Source: Mycobacterium sp.
GTDB taxonomy: Bacteria > Actinomycetota > Actinomycetes > Mycobacteriales > Mycobacteriaceae
Assembly: GCA_036390735.1 (NCBI GenBank)
Contig: DASWBF010000091.1
Location: forward strand, 1-59,228
DNA: 59,228 bases
Reading direction: 5' to 3'
The notes below the pieces were generated by a model. It saw only the letters and a list, made by a program, of their open reading frames with translations. It searched no databases and was not told the origin of the DNA. This document shows positions 29,937 through 40,108 of the stretch, piece by piece (within the stretch, counting starts at the first letter, position 1; each line of letters starts with the position of its first letter). The translations under genes and the position numbers were made by a program.

Positions 29937-31580
29937 CTATTGCTGCTGCTGTTGCTGCTGCTGTGACGACGTGAGCCCGGGGCCCATTTCGGTGGCGGCA
30001 GGCACACGGGACTCTCGCGGCAGCTTGCGCACCACTTCGGCGGCCGCGAGCTCGCGGTCGGGCGCCGACGCCCGCGACGCCAGCACCCAGGTGTCCTTGG
30101 AGCCGCCGCCCTGACTGGAGTTCACCACCAGCGACCCCTCGGTCAGCGCGACGCGGGTCAGCCCGCCGGGCAGCACCCACACGTCGTCGCCATCGTTCAC
30201 CGCGAACGGGCGCAGGTCGACATGGCGGGGGGCGAGCCGGTCGCCGATCTGGGTGGGCACGGTAGACAGCTGCACGACGGGTTGCGCGATCCATCCGCGC
30301 GGGTCGTTGCGGATCTTCTTCGCGGTGGCGGCCAACTCCCGCTCGGAGGCGTCGGGCCCGAAGACGATCCCGTAGCCACCTGACCCCTCGACCGGTTTGA
30401 TCACCAGCTCGTCGATGCGGTCGAGCACCTCCTCGCGTTCGTCCTCGAGCCAACAACGGAATGTGTCGACATTGGCCAGCAGCGGCTTCTCGCCCAGGTA
30501 GTACTCGATGATCGTCGGGACGTAGGTGTAGATCAGCTTGTCGTCGCCGACTCCGTTGCCGACCGCGCTGGAGATCACCACATTCCCGGCGCGGGCGGCG
30601 TTGAGCAGCCCGGCCACCCCGAGCACCGAGTCCGGCCGGAACTGCATCGGATCCAGGAAGTCGTCGTCGATGCGCCGGTAGACGACGTCGACTTGACGTT
30701 CGCCTTCCGTCGTGCGCATGTACACCTGGTTGTCGCGGCAGAACAGGTCGCGGCCCTCGACGAGTTCGACGCCCATCTGGCGGGCCAGCAGCGAGTGCTC
30801 GAAATAGGCGGAGTTGTAGACGCCAGGGGTGAGCACGACGATCGTCGGATCGGCCTCGTTGGTCGCGGCGGAATTGCGCAGCGCGCGCAACAAATGCGAC
30901 GAGTAGTCGCCCACGGTGCGGACCCTGTTGGTGGCGAACAGGTTTGGAAACACCCGCGCCATTGTGCGGCGGTTCTCCATCACGTAGGACACCCCGGACG
31001 GAGAGCGCAGGTTGTCCTCGAGGACGCGGAACGTGCCGTCGGCGTCGCGAACCAGGTCGATGCCGGCCACGTGGATGCGCACGCCGTTCGGCGGGTTGAT
31101 GCCGGCGGCCTCGCGGTGGAAATGCTTGCACGACGTGACGAGCCGCCGCGGGATCACCGCGTCGCGAAGGATGTTCTGCTCGCCGTAAATGTCGTCGAGA
31201 TACATCTCCAGCGCCTTGACCCGTTGCGTGATGCCGCGCTCCAGCCGCGACCATTCGGGGGCGGAGATCACGCGGGGAACGAGGTCGAGCGGAAACGGCC
31301 GCTCCTGGCCGGACAGCGAAAACGTGATGCCCTGGTCGATGAAAGCGCGGCCGAGCGCGTCGGAGCGGGCGGCCAGCTCGGACGCGTCGGATGGCGCCAG
31401 CTCGGTGTAAATGCCCTTGTAGGGGGCCCGCACGGTGTCGAAGTTGTCGAACATCTCGTCGAACGCCGACGCATAGGGCCCGCGTTTGCGGTAACCGTCG
31501 AAGATTCCGTCGAACTTCTTCAGCGGGTGTGAGTTACTGCGTGTCGACTGTCCATTGCTTGTCAGGCTGCGAACGCTCAC
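29937..31580 (-). CDS. Circularly permuted type 2 ATP-grasp protein (Rv2411c-like)
   Basis: LEDNLRSPSGVSY, VIKPVEGSGGYG and VVNSSQGGGSKDTW; C-terminal Q8. Confidence 0.95.
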   Translation of the reverse strand: MSVRSLTSNGQSTRSNSHPLKKFDGIFDGYRKRGPYASAFDEMFDNFDTVRAPYKGIYTELAPSDASELAARSDALGRAFIDQGITFSLSGQERPFPLDLVPRVISAPEWSRLERGITQRVKALEMYLDDIYGEQNILRDAVIPRRLVTSCKHFHREAAGINPPNGVRIHVAGIDLVRDADGTFRVLEDNLRSPSGVSYVMENRRTMARVFPNLFATNRVRTVGDYSSHLLRALRNSAATNEADPTIVVLTPGVYNSAYFEHSLLARQMGVELVEGRDLFCRDNQVYMRTTEGERQVDVVYRRIDDDFLDPMQFRPDSVLGVAGLLNAARAGNVVISSAVGNGVGDDKLIYTYVPTIIEYYLGEKPLLANVDTFRCWLEDEREEVLDRIDELVIKPVEGSGGYGIVFGPDASERELAATAKKIRNDPRGWIAQPVVQLSTVPTQIGDRLAPRHVDLRPFAVNDGDDVWVLPGGLTRVALTEGSLVVNSSQGGGSKDTWVLASRASAPDRELAAAEVVRKLPRESRVPAATEMGPGLTSSQQQQQQQQ

Positions 31581-31704
31581 CTCCCACATGCTGCACCAGT
31601 CTGGCCGTTTTGGCAGGCCAGCAGGCCGGCTGGTAGCCTGAACAGTCGCTGCCCGCTCGGCGGCCGTCGATTCAACCCAGTGGAGAAACCGAAGGAACTC
31701 ACGC

Positions 31705-31965
31705 GTGGCCAACATCAAGTCGCAGGAGAAGCGCAATCGCACCAATGAGCGCCGCAGACTGCGCAACAAGTCGGTGAAGTCGTCGCTTCACACGGCGATC
31801 CGCGCGTTCCGTGAGGCCGCTGAGAGCGGTGACAAGGACAAGGCCACCGTGTTGGCGAGGGCGGCCAGCCGCAAGCTGGACAAGGCCGCGAGCAAGGGCG
31901 TCATCCACAAGAATCAGGCGGCGAACCGCAAGTCGTCCCTCACGCTGACGCTGAACAAGCTCTGA
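31705..31965 (+). CDS. rpsT: 30S ribosomal protein S20
   Basis: [10 protein letters not shown]...[14 protein letters not shown]. Confidence 0.99.
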   Translation: MANIKSQEKRNRTNERRRLRNKSVKSSLHTAIRAFREAAESGDKDKATVLARAASRKLDKAASKGVIHKNQAANRKSSLTLTLNKL

Positions 31966-31966
31966 T

Positions 31967-32932
31967 CTAGCGGCGCCGCCCCACTAGTTCCGCGATGCGT
32001 CGCGTCGTCGCTTCCAGCACGTAGTCGGCGTCGGCGGCTGCGCCCTTCACGTCCGCGTTCAGGGTGGCGACGAGACGCATCGCCTCGGCCACGGACTGCG
32101 TCGACCACCCGCGCGCCTGTCGTTGCGCCTTCTTCACCCGCCACGGCGGCATCCCCAGCTCTGACGCCAGGCGGTACGGGTCACCCGATAACGGGCCGAC
32201 GCGGGCGATGGTGTGAACGGCCTCGGCGAGCGCGTCGGCCAGCACGACGCGCGGTTCCCCGCGGATCATTGCCCAGCGCAGCGCCTCGACCGCACCGGCG
32301 ACGTCGCCGACGACGGCCTTGTCGGCGATGTCGAAGCCTTTGACCTCCGCCCTGCCGCTGTAGTAGCGGCGCACCGCACTGACGTCGACGTCGCCGCCGG
32401 TATCGGCGATCAGTTGCGAGCATGCGGCAGCCAGTTCGCGCAGGTCCGACCCGACCGCGTCGATGATCACGCTGACCACGTCGTCGTCGACATCGAGGCG
32501 CTGCTCACGGAATTCCCCGCGGACGAACTCGGCGCGTTCGCCGGCCTTCGTGATGCGGGCACAGGGGTGTAGGTGCGCGTCGAGCTTGCGCAGCTCGTCG
32601 GCAAGCGCCTTGGCGCGTCCGCCACCGGAGTGGACGACGACCAGCACCGTGCCATGCGGCAGATCCGCGGCGGCAGAGGAAATCAAGGCCGCGGCGTCCT
32701 TGCCTGCTTCTGCGGCGGCGTCGAGCACCACCACGCGTTCGTCGGCGAACAGCGACGGGCTGAGCAGTTCGGCGAGCTCGCTGGTGGTCACTTCGCCGGC
32801 GCGCAACCTGCTCTCCGGGACGTCGTCGGTGCCGGCCTGGGCGCGGGCGTCGCGCAGCACCGCGGCGATCGCGCGCTCGACGAGCAGTTCTTCATCGCCG
32901 AGCACCAAATGCAGTCCCGGTCTAGAGCTCAC
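31967..32932 (-). CDS. holA: DNA polymerase III delta subunit
   Basis: LVLGDEELL and SPSLFADER; comEC-holA-rpsT synteny. Confidence 0.93.
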   Translation of the reverse strand: MSSRPGLHLVLGDEELLVERAIAAVLRDARAQAGTDDVPESRLRAGEVTTSELAELLSPSLFADERVVVLDAAAEAGKDAAALISSAAADLPHGTVLVVVHSGGGRAKALADELRKLDAHLHPCARITKAGERAEFVRGEFREQRLDVDDDVVSVIIDAVGSDLRELAAACSQLIADTGGDVDVSAVRRYYSGRAEVKGFDIADKAVVGDVAGAVEALRWAMIRGEPRVVLADALAEAVHTIARVGPLSGDPYRLASELGMPPWRVKKAQRQARGWSTQSVAEAMRLVATLNADVKGAAADADYVLEATTRRIAELVGRRR

Positions 32933-34418
32933 TCGACGATCGTGCCATGGACGGCCGACGCCGCTCTCTGGCGCGCGCGACGAGCCGCCACAGCAGCACC
33001 GTGCCGAGCGCACCGGCAGCGACCAGCACCATGCCGGGCAGCCGCGACGGCACCTCGACGGTCGCGCCGGGAACGCCGCCGGCCCAGCGCGCGATATTGA
33101 GTAGCCACCACAGCTCCGGACCCGTGAACCGGATCAGCAGGTGCGCTGCACCGGGCCACAGCGGCGCCAGCGCGGCGGCGGCGGTGCCCGCGACGGTGAT
33201 CGGAGGGATCACCGCGGTGACCGCGACGTTGGCCACGATCGACACCACGCTGATGCGGCCGCTGATCGCGGCGATCAACGGGGCCGTCACCACCTGAGCC
33301 GCCGTGGCGACACAGACGGCGTCGGCCACCGGTTTGGGCCAGCCGCGCGCGACCAGGCGGCCAGACCACATCGGCGCGATCACGATCAGGGCCGCGGTTG
33401 CCGACACCGACAGCGCGAACCCGAGGTCGACCGACATTTCCGGCGCCACGATCATCAGCGCGATCACGGTCGCGGAAAGAGCGGGCATCGCGTGCCGGCG
33501 CCGATGCGTCAGCACGCCGAGCAACCCGATCGCGCCCATCACCGCGGCGCGCAGCACGCTGGCCGACGGCTGCACCACGATGACGAACCCGACCAGTACC
33601 AGCGCCGCCAGCGCGACCGCCACCCGCGGCCCCACGAACCGGGCCGTCAGCAGGACCGCGCCGCAGACGATCGTCACGTTCGCGCCCGAGACCGCGGTCA
33701 GGTGCGTCAATCCCGCGGCCCGAAACGCCGCGACGGTTTCGGGCGGCAGGGTCGACGTGTCGCCGAGCACCAGCGCGGGCAGCGCCGCGGCCTGGTCGGC
33801 GGGCAGCTGGGAGCGCACGGCGTCGGCGAAGCGGCGGCGCACCGATTCCGCGGCGCGCTGCACGGGCGACGCCTCGCCGAAAGTCGGTGTGCCGCTGGCG
33901 GACAGCACAGCGACGGACAGGTCGCGCCGCGTCGGCCGCCCGACGAGCGCGCGGAAACTCGCGGGCCGCCCGGGTGCCAACTCGCCGAAGCCGCGGGCCG
34001 GTGCGAACACCGTGACCCGGCCGGACGCGTCGTCGCCGCCGATGCGCCTCAGCGCGGCGCGGAACACCACTCGTCCGCCATCGCGCACCGGTCGCGGCTG
34101 CTCACTGGCGGTGACCGTGACGTCCGTGGATCTGCTGTACAGCGCGGCGAGCGGATGGTGCTCGAGGGCGCTTACTCGCACGGCCCCCGCCCAGCCGAAC
34201 CCGGCCCCGATCACCGCCGCGCCGAGAACCACCGCGGACACCGCCGCTCGCACCGGTGCGCCTTGGCGGCGGGCGCGCCAGCCGGCCACCGCGGCACTCG
34301 CTGCGACCAGGACGCAGACCACCGCCGCGGCCGTGCCGGCCCGCCACACGATAGCGATGGCGGTCACTGCCCAACAGGTCAATGCCGCTGGTACCAACCG
34401 GGCGTCCACGCTCGTCAC
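32922..34418 (-). CDS. comEC: ComEC/Rec2 family protein (no C-terminal MBL domain)
   Basis: [20 protein letters not shown] and GFALS. Confidence 0.93.
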   Translation of the reverse strand: MTSVDARLVPAALTCWAVTAIAIVWRAGTAAAVVCVLVAASAAVAGWRARRQGAPVRAAVSAVVLGAAVIGAGFGWAGAVRVSALEHHPLAALYSRSTDVTVTASEQPRPVRDGGRVVFRAALRRIGGDDASGRVTVFAPARGFGELAPGRPASFRALVGRPTRRDLSVAVLSASGTPTFGEASPVQRAAESVRRRFADAVRSQLPADQAAALPALVLGDTSTLPPETVAAFRAAGLTHLTAVSGANVTIVCGAVLLTARFVGPRVAVALAALVLVGFVIVVQPSASVLRAAVMGAIGLLGVLTHRRRHAMPALSATVIALMIVAPEMSVDLGFALSVSATAALIVIAPMWSGRLVARGWPKPVADAVCVATAAQVVTAPLIAAISGRISVVSIVANVAVTAVIPPITVAGTAAAALAPLWPGAAHLLIRFTGPELWWLLNIARWAGGVPGATVEVPSRLPGMVLVAAGALGTVLLWRLVARARERRRPSMARSSSEL

Positions 34419-34427
34419 CGGCGCGCC

Positions 34428-35246
34428 TCATACCCGCACCAGACTTCGGAGCTTCTCCAAGCGGGTCGGACCGATGCCGTCGACGTCTGCCAACTGGTCG
34501 ACGCTGGTGAACTTGCCGTTGGCATCGCGCCAGGCCACGATCGCGGCCGCGGTCACCGGGCCGATGCCGGGCAGCGTGTCGAGTTGTTCGACGGTGGCGC
34601 TGTTCAGGTCGATCGGGCCGGCCGCCGGTCCGCTGGAAGATGTGGACGAGCCCGGCGAGCCCGGGCCGCCGGAGGACGGGGTCACGCCGCTGCCGAGTTT
34701 GGTCGGCTCACCCGGCGCAGGGGCTATCCCGACCACGATCTGTTCGCCGTCGGCCACCCGCTGCGCCATGTTCAGCCCGATCAGGTCGGCACCGTCGAGC
34801 GTGCCGCCCGCCGAGGTGACCGCGTCGGCGATGCGAGCGCCCGGTTGCAGTGTCACCAGACCGGGTTTGTGCACCAACCCGACCACGCTGACCACCACCG
34901 GCCCGTCAGCGATCGCCGTCGACGGGGTGGCGCTCGGGCTCGGCGCAGCTGACGAAACCATCTGCACCGGAGGCAGTTTCGCGGACACGACGGCGGGTGG
35001 TTTGTCCCGCATCATCGCGAAGGCCGTGACAATCACGGCGATCACCCCGACGGCCGCCAGCGCGAAGAGCCCGGCGCGTCCCGGATCGGCCCTGACCGCC
35101 GCCAGCCAGGCGGGACCAGTGTCTTGTGACGCTGACGGCAGCCACCTGGACAGCGACGTGTCTTGGCTGTCGGACTCGTCGGCGGTGCCGTCAGGCTCGG
35201 AGTTCAGGCGGCGATGTAGGCGCTCGGCGGGCAACTCTGTTCGCAT
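34428..35246 (-). CDS. comEA: ComEA family DNA-binding protein (SLBB + HhH)
   Basis: TM segment; VSVVGLVHKPG, IDLNSAT..QLDTLPGIGP and VDGIG. Confidence 0.94.
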   Translation of the reverse strand: MRTELPAERLHRRLNSEPDGTADESDSQDTSLSRWLPSASQDTGPAWLAAVRADPGRAGLFALAAVGVIAVIVTAFAMMRDKPPAVVSAKLPPVQMVSSAAPSPSATPSTAIADGPVVVSVVGLVHKPGLVTLQPGARIADAVTSAGGTLDGADLIGLNMAQRVADGEQIVVGIAPAPGEPTKLGSGVTPSSGGPGSPGSSTSSSGPAAGPIDLNSATVEQLDTLPGIGPVTAAAIVAWRDANGKFTSVDQLADVDGIGPTRLEKLRSLVRV

Positions 35247-35253
35247 AGGCGCG

Positions 35254-35275
35254 ACCGTAAAAGGCGTCGGCGACA
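35254..35275 (-). promoter_or_regulatory. PafBC/RecA-NDp-type DNA-damage promoter of comEA (leaderless)
   Basis: TGTCGC-N10-TACGGT-N7-ATG on the minus strand. Confidence 0.7.
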
Positions 35276-35327
35276 CCGGACCCGCCCGAGGAGACGGCTG
35301 CGCGCCGGCTGGGGATGAATTCGAAAC

Positions 35328-35336
35328 TGTGGATAA
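35328..35336. promoter_or_regulatory. Perfect DnaA-box 9-mer
   Basis: TGTGGATAA (= TTATCCACA); degenerate TGGGGATGA at ~35310. Confidence 0.4.
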
Positions 35337-35384
35337 CCGGCGCTGCCGTCGGGCGATCTCTGGCGCGCGACATACTCGACAGTC

Positions 35385-36443
35385 ATGACCAGCCAGCCTG
35401 CTCGTCCTCTTCGTGTCATCCAATGGACCACCGGCAACATCGGCCAGCGGTCGCTGCACGCGATCATCGGCCGGCCCGACATGGAGTTGGTCGGCGTGTA
35501 CGCGCACGGAGTCGAGAAGGCCGGAAAGGATGCGGCGGACTTGTGCGGCTGGCCGGAGCCCACGGGTGTCACGGCGACCAACGACATCGACGCGCTGATC
35601 GCGCTTAGACCCGATGCCTGTTGCTATAACCCGCTGTGGCCGAGCGTCGATGAGCTGGTGCGGCTGCTCGAGGCAGGGGTCAACGTGTGCTCGAGTGCGG
35701 CGTGGATCACCGGCGGTAAGCAAACGCCAGAGGACCGGGAGCGCATCGAAAAGGCCTGTGTCCAAGGTAATTCGACGATGTTCGGCAGCGGCGCCCACCC
35801 CGGCATGAGCAATCTGGTCGGCATGGTTCTCAGCGGTTCGTGCGAGCGCGTCGACGAGATCCGAATCACCGAGTCGGTGGACTGCTCGACGTACGAATCC
35901 GCGGGAACCCAGAAGGCGATGGGCTTCTCGCAGCCCCCCGACACACCCGGCTTGGCCGAGAGTGTGCGCCGCGAAAGCGAGGTGTTCGCCGAGTCGGCGG
36001 CGATGATGGCCGACGCGATGGGCGCCACGCTCGACAAGATGACCTTCGACGTGACGTTCACCGCGGCTACCGACGAATCGGACCTCGGCTTCATGCAGAT
36101 TCCGAAAGGCACCGTCGCCGGCGTGTACGGCTACCACCGCGGCTGGGTCGGCGACCGCAACGTCGTCAGCGTCGGGTTCAACTGGATCATGGGCTATCAC
36201 GTCGACCCACCCAAGCCGCTCGAGCACGGCCACGTCGTCCAGGTATTCGGGCTGCCCAACATGCGCGCCGTGATCCATTGCCTGCCGCCCAAGGACTGGA
36301 CGGAGCCCGGCTTCATGGGGCTCGGTATGATCTACACCGCGATGCCGGTCACCAATGCGGTTCCGAAAGTCGTTGCCGCCCAGCCTGGAATCGTCACGCT
36401 GGCGGATCTTCCCCCGATCACGGGTCGTCCGCCGACTCCGTGA
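35385..36443 (+). CDS. DapB-N / diaminopentanoate-dehydrogenase-like oxidoreductase
   Basis: RVIQWTTGNIG Rossmann fold, GKDAADLCG and GSGAHPG. Confidence 0.85.
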   Translation: MTSQPARPLRVIQWTTGNIGQRSLHAIIGRPDMELVGVYAHGVEKAGKDAADLCGWPEPTGVTATNDIDALIALRPDACCYNPLWPSVDELVRLLEAGVNVCSSAAWITGGKQTPEDRERIEKACVQGNSTMFGSGAHPGMSNLVGMVLSGSCERVDEIRITESVDCSTYESAGTQKAMGFSQPPDTPGLAESVRRESEVFAESAAMMADAMGATLDKMTFDVTFTAATDESDLGFMQIPKGTVAGVYGYHRGWVGDRNVVSVGFNWIMGYHVDPPKPLEHGHVVQVFGLPNMRAVIHCLPPKDWTEPGFMGLGMIYTAMPVTNAVPKVVAAQPGIVTLADLPPITGRPPTP

Positions 36444-37269
36444 TCTCGACGCACACGGCCACCGCACCCGCGCCGACGTGGACGCCGAGCACCGGGCCCA
36501 TGTCCGCCACCGTCGGCGGCTCGGCCGGGTGCAGGCGCGCGATCAGCTCGTGCGCAACGTCATTCGCGGCGCTGAGGTTGTCCACGTGCTGCACCGCAAC
36601 GATCGCCGACCGCTCACCCACCTCGGTGACCACCTGCTCGACCAACGCGTCGAGCGCTTTGCTCGCGGTACGCACCCGTTGCGCCAACACCAGCCTGCCG
36701 TCGGGGTCGATGCGCAGCACGGGCTTGATCGCCAGCGCGGTACTGAGCCACGACGCCGCCGTACCGATCCTGCCGCCGCGGCGAAGGTTGTCCAACCGCT
36801 GCGCGACAACGTAGCCACGGACTCGGCCAACTGCCGAAAGAGCCTGCGCCTCAACGCTATCTAGGTCGCATCCCTCGGCTGCGGCCCGCGCAGCCGCCAA
36901 CACCACGAACCCGGTTGCCAGTGCCACGGATTTCGAGTTCACCACCCGCACCGCGCCACTGAACTGCCGGGCCGCCTGCTCCCCCGATGTGACGGTGGAC
37001 GACAACGCCGCCGAGACGTGAACGGCCACCACCCCGTCGCCGCTGCTGTCCTCCAACGCCTGACGGTAGGCGGTGCTCAACTCGGCTGGGGTGGCGCCGG
37101 CGGTGGTGGTTTTCGGACGAGAGTGAATGTCGACCGGGATGGCGTCGACGCCGTCGCGGAAGTCCTCACCGTCGCACAGAATGTGCAGTGGCACTTGGCG
37201 GATCCCCCACTGCTCGCGATCGCCGTCGCACAACCGCGACGACGAGTCGGTGACGACCACCACGGCCAT
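36418..37269 (-). CDS. DegV family fatty-acid-binding protein
   Basis: VVTDSS, HVSAALSST, LRRGGRIG and LGVHVGAG. Confidence 0.93.
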   Translation of the reverse strand: MAVVVVTDSSSRLCDGDREQWGIRQVPLHILCDGEDFRDGVDAIPVDIHSRPKTTTAGATPAELSTAYRQALEDSSGDGVVAVHVSAALSSTVTSGEQAARQFSGAVRVVNSKSVALATGFVVLAAARAAAEGCDLDSVEAQALSAVGRVRGYVVAQRLDNLRRGGRIGTAASWLSTALAIKPVLRIDPDGRLVLAQRVRTASKALDALVEQVVTEVGERSAIVAVQHVDNLSAANDVAHELIARLHPAEPPTVADMGPVLGVHVGAGAVAVCVEITESADDP

Positions 37270-37274
37270 AGTCG

Positions 37275-38021
37275 CTAGCCCTGCCGGTTCTCTTGCGTCA
37301 CACCAGCTTCGGTCAACGCATTCAACATCAGCTCCGCCACGGCCTGATGCGCCTCGAAGTTCCAGTGGATGCCATCGGGATTGCCGCGCCCCGACATCAC
37401 GTGCTCGACCACAGCGGCTTTCAGATCGACCAGCGGAACGCCGTGTTGGCCAGCCCATTCGGTGATCGCGTCCACTGTGCCGTTCCGCCCGTGGTGGGCG
37501 CGGCCATAAGTGTCTGCGATGTGTACAGACGGCAGTGACGCGACGATCGGGATGCCTGGCCGATTGAAATCGACGGCATTACGGGTCATTTCCAGGTACT
37601 CGACCGACAGGTGTGGCGGCAGCGCAGAGCGAGCGATCGGTGACAGCCTCGGCTGCAGCCAGCAATACCCGTCGCGTACCCAGCGCCGCAACCAGGCGGG
37701 GCGCACGTAGCGGATCGACTCACGCAGTGCCGTCGGCAGCGGCGACGGGAGCGAGTCCATACCGCTGGTCGCGAAGATCACCGCGCCCGCGCGAGGCAGC
37801 GCCGCCCACGCCCGGGGATCCTGGGTCGCGGCCCACCACACGTCGCGACACGTCCATCCGATGCGGCCGATCAGCTCGACATCCCAGCCGAGCTGGGCCG
37901 CAACGATATTCGGCCAGATGCGCGGATCGTCGGCGGGCAGGCCGCCGGTCGGTCCGTAGTAAGCCAGCGAGTCGGCGAAGATCAACAGCACCTGTCGGTG
38001 CGCGGCCCGCTCAGAGAGCAT
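37275..38021 (-). CDS. octT: Diglucosylglycerate octanoyltransferase OctT (SGNH)
   Basis: FADSLAY and NPDGIHW; adjacent to gpgP as in Rv2418c-Rv2419c. Confidence 0.87.
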   Translation of the reverse strand: MLSERAAHRQVLLIFADSLAYYGPTGGLPADDPRIWPNIVAAQLGWDVELIGRIGWTCRDVWWAATQDPRAWAALPRAGAVIFATSGMDSLPSPLPTALRESIRYVRPAWLRRWVRDGYCWLQPRLSPIARSALPPHLSVEYLEMTRNAVDFNRPGIPIVASLPSVHIADTYGRAHHGRNGTVDAITEWAGQHGVPLVDLKAAVVEHVMSGRGNPDGIHWNFEAHQAVAELMLNALTEAGVTQENRQG

Positions 38022-38679
38022 CGTCGGCGACCTGGGCCGATGCGTTCCACACATCCAGCCGCCATCGGATGTCCTCCAGGGAGGCTTCGGCGGCGGAGTG
38101 CCCGGACAGCTGCACCCAGCTGGCGTTGCCCATGCCGCCGAGCACCGGCCAGTTGTCGGCGGGTAATCCGAGAAGCTTGGCGGTCAACGCGGCGATCAGT
38201 CCGCCGTGCGCCACCAGAACCAGAGGCCGGTCGGGTTCGTCGGCGCCCCAATCGGATTGGGACTCAACGAGCTCCGCGACCACCGGCGAGCTGCGCCGGG
38301 CCACGTCGATGCGACTTTCCCCGCCGTGCGGCACCCACGTCGCGTCGTTGCGCCACTCGACGCGGGCGCCGGGCGCGGCGGCGTCGACTTCCCCGTGCGT
38401 CATGCCCTGCCAGTTGCCAAGATGCGTTTCCCGCAACCGCTCGTCCACGACCAATGGCGACCCCGTCCGCTCGCCCAGCACGACGGCGGTCTCGTAGGCA
38501 CGGCGCAGATCCGACGACACGATCAGCAGCGGGTGACGCTTGCCCAGCACTTCGGCCACCGCGACCGCTTGCGCACGCCCCAGATCGGAGAGCTCGGTGT
38601 CGAGCTGGCCCTGCATCCGGCTCCCGGCGTTGAACTCCGTCTGGCCGTGCCGCACCATCACCAGCTGGCGCACCGTCAT
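38011..38679 (-). CDS. gpgP: Glucosyl-3-phosphoglycerate phosphatase GpgP
   Basis: RHGQT, SSDLRRA, LRETHLG and AHGG; synteny. Confidence 0.9.
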   Translation of the reverse strand: MTVRQLVMVRHGQTEFNAGSRMQGQLDTELSDLGRAQAVAVAEVLGKRHPLLIVSSDLRRAYETAVVLGERTGSPLVVDERLRETHLGNWQGMTHGEVDAAAPGARVEWRNDATWVPHGGESRIDVARRSSPVVAELVESQSDWGADEPDRPLVLVAHGGLIAALTAKLLGLPADNWPVLGGMGNASWVQLSGHSAAEASLEDIRWRLDVWNASAQVADDAL

Positions 38680-39050
38680 GACGTCCCGTCCCCGTCCAAA
38701 TCGACAGGGATCTCCGGGCAGTCCCGCCACAACCGGTCCAGCGCATAGAAATCGCGTTCGTCCTCGTGCTGGATGTGCACGACGATCTCGACGTAGTCGA
38801 GCAGCGTCCAGCGGCCTTCGCGGGCGCCTTCGCGCCGCGCGGGTTTGTACCCGGCGCGGCGCATCTTCTCTTCCACTTCGTCGACGATCGCGTTCACCTG
38901 GCGCTCGTTGGACGCGGACGCGATGACGAAGGCGTCCGTGATCACCAGCTGCTCCGACACGTCGAGGACGACGACATTGTCGGCGAGCTTGGCCGCTGCG
39001 GCGCGAGCGGCGATGGTGGCCATCTCGGTGGCTTCGGCGGAGGCCGTCAC
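38676..39050 (-). CDS. rsfS: Ribosome silencing factor RsfS
   Basis: [24 protein letters not shown]. Confidence 0.96.
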   Translation of the reverse strand: MTASAEATEMATIAARAAAAKLADNVVVLDVSEQLVITDAFVIASASNERQVNAIVDEVEEKMRRAGYKPARREGAREGRWTLLDYVEIVVHIQHEDERDFYALDRLWRDCPEIPVDLDGDGTS

Positions 39051-39679
39051 GACTTGTCCTGGCTCGCGCATCGGTAGAGGCCGCGCTTGGCGACGTACTG
39101 CACCACCCCGTCAGGCACCAGGTACCAGATCGGGCGGTTCTCGCCGGCCCGGGCGCGACAGTCGGTGGACGAGATCGCCAGCGCCGGCACTTCGAGCAAC
39201 GTCAACGCGTCGGAGGGTAGCGACTTGAACGCCGCTGAGACGTGCGCGCCGTCCAAGTCATAGCCGGGGCGGCTGACGCCGACGAAGCGGGCCAGCGAGA
39301 ACAACTCCTCGACGTCCTGCCAGGTCAGGATCGATGCCAGTGCGTCGGCGCCGGTGATGAAGTACAACTCGCTGTCGGGATGCAGCTCGTGCAGCTCACG
39401 CAATGTGTCCCTGGTGTAGGTACGTCCACCGCGGTCGATGTCGACCCGGCTGACCGAGAACCGCGGGTTGCTTGCGGTCGCGATCACCGTCATCAGGTAG
39501 CGGTCCTCGGCGGGGGTGACGTGGCGACCGTGCTTCTGCCACGGCTCACCAGTGGGGACGAACACCACCTCATCGAGGTGGAAGCGGTCGGCGACTTCGC
39601 TGGCGGCGACCAGGTGGCCGTTGTGGATGGGATCGAACGTCCCACCCATCACACCGAGCCGCTTTCCTCCTGACGCCAC
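39047..39679 (-). CDS. nadD: Nicotinate-nucleotide adenylyltransferase
   Basis: [16 protein letters not shown] and ISST. Confidence 0.97.
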   Translation of the reverse strand: MASGGKRLGVMGGTFDPIHNGHLVAASEVADRFHLDEVVFVPTGEPWQKHGRHVTPAEDRYLMTVIATASNPRFSVSRVDIDRGGRTYTRDTLRELHELHPDSELYFITGADALASILTWQDVEELFSLARFVGVSRPGYDLDGAHVSAAFKSLPSDALTLLEVPALAISSTDCRARAGENRPIWYLVPDGVVQYVAKRGLYRCASQDKS

Positions 39680-39729
39680 GTTTGGGCAGCTTACTTAACC
39701 GGTGAAGGCCCGCGTCTGCCTCCAGTGGA

Positions 39730-39792
39730 CGTCGAGATCTGCACCATGGCTGGGGTCACTCGCAAATCGCAGCCCTGGTGCAGAAATCGACG
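39730..39792. repeat. ~63 bp palindromic (REP-like) element
   Basis: cgtcga-ga-tctgcacca-t-ggctg / cagcc-c-tggtgcaga-aa-tcgacg. Confidence 0.8.
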
Positions 39793-39827
39793 CAGCGGTG
39801 GGTCCATCGCTCTTGTAGCCTTCGGGC

Positions 39828-40061
39828 ATGCGGGCGACCATTGATAAGGCAGGACGATTGGTTATCCCCAAGCAACTTCGCGATCATCCAGGACTGCGAC
39901 CGGGCAAGGTGGAGGTCACCGCCGACGGCGCAGGCCTGCGTGTCGAGCCCCTCATTGACGACTCCCTCGGAGAGCGGGACGGACGGCTTGTAATTCCCGC
40001 GCATGGGGTAGAGATCAATGACCAGGTCGTGAGAATCCTGCGCGATGCCACCCAGCGCTAA
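39828..40061 (+). CDS. AbrB/MazE/SpoVT-domain antitoxin (orphan)
   Basis: MRATIDKAGRLVIPKQLR...GLRPG; -10 TAGCCT 6 nt before the ATG; no downstream toxin. Confidence 0.85.
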   Translation: MRATIDKAGRLVIPKQLRDHPGLRPGKVEVTADGAGLRVEPLIDDSLGERDGRLVIPAHGVEINDQVVRILRDATQR

Positions 40062-40108
40062 CACGGCTGTGCTGCCTGCGAGCGACCGACCTGATCGGGA
40101 CCAGCTGC

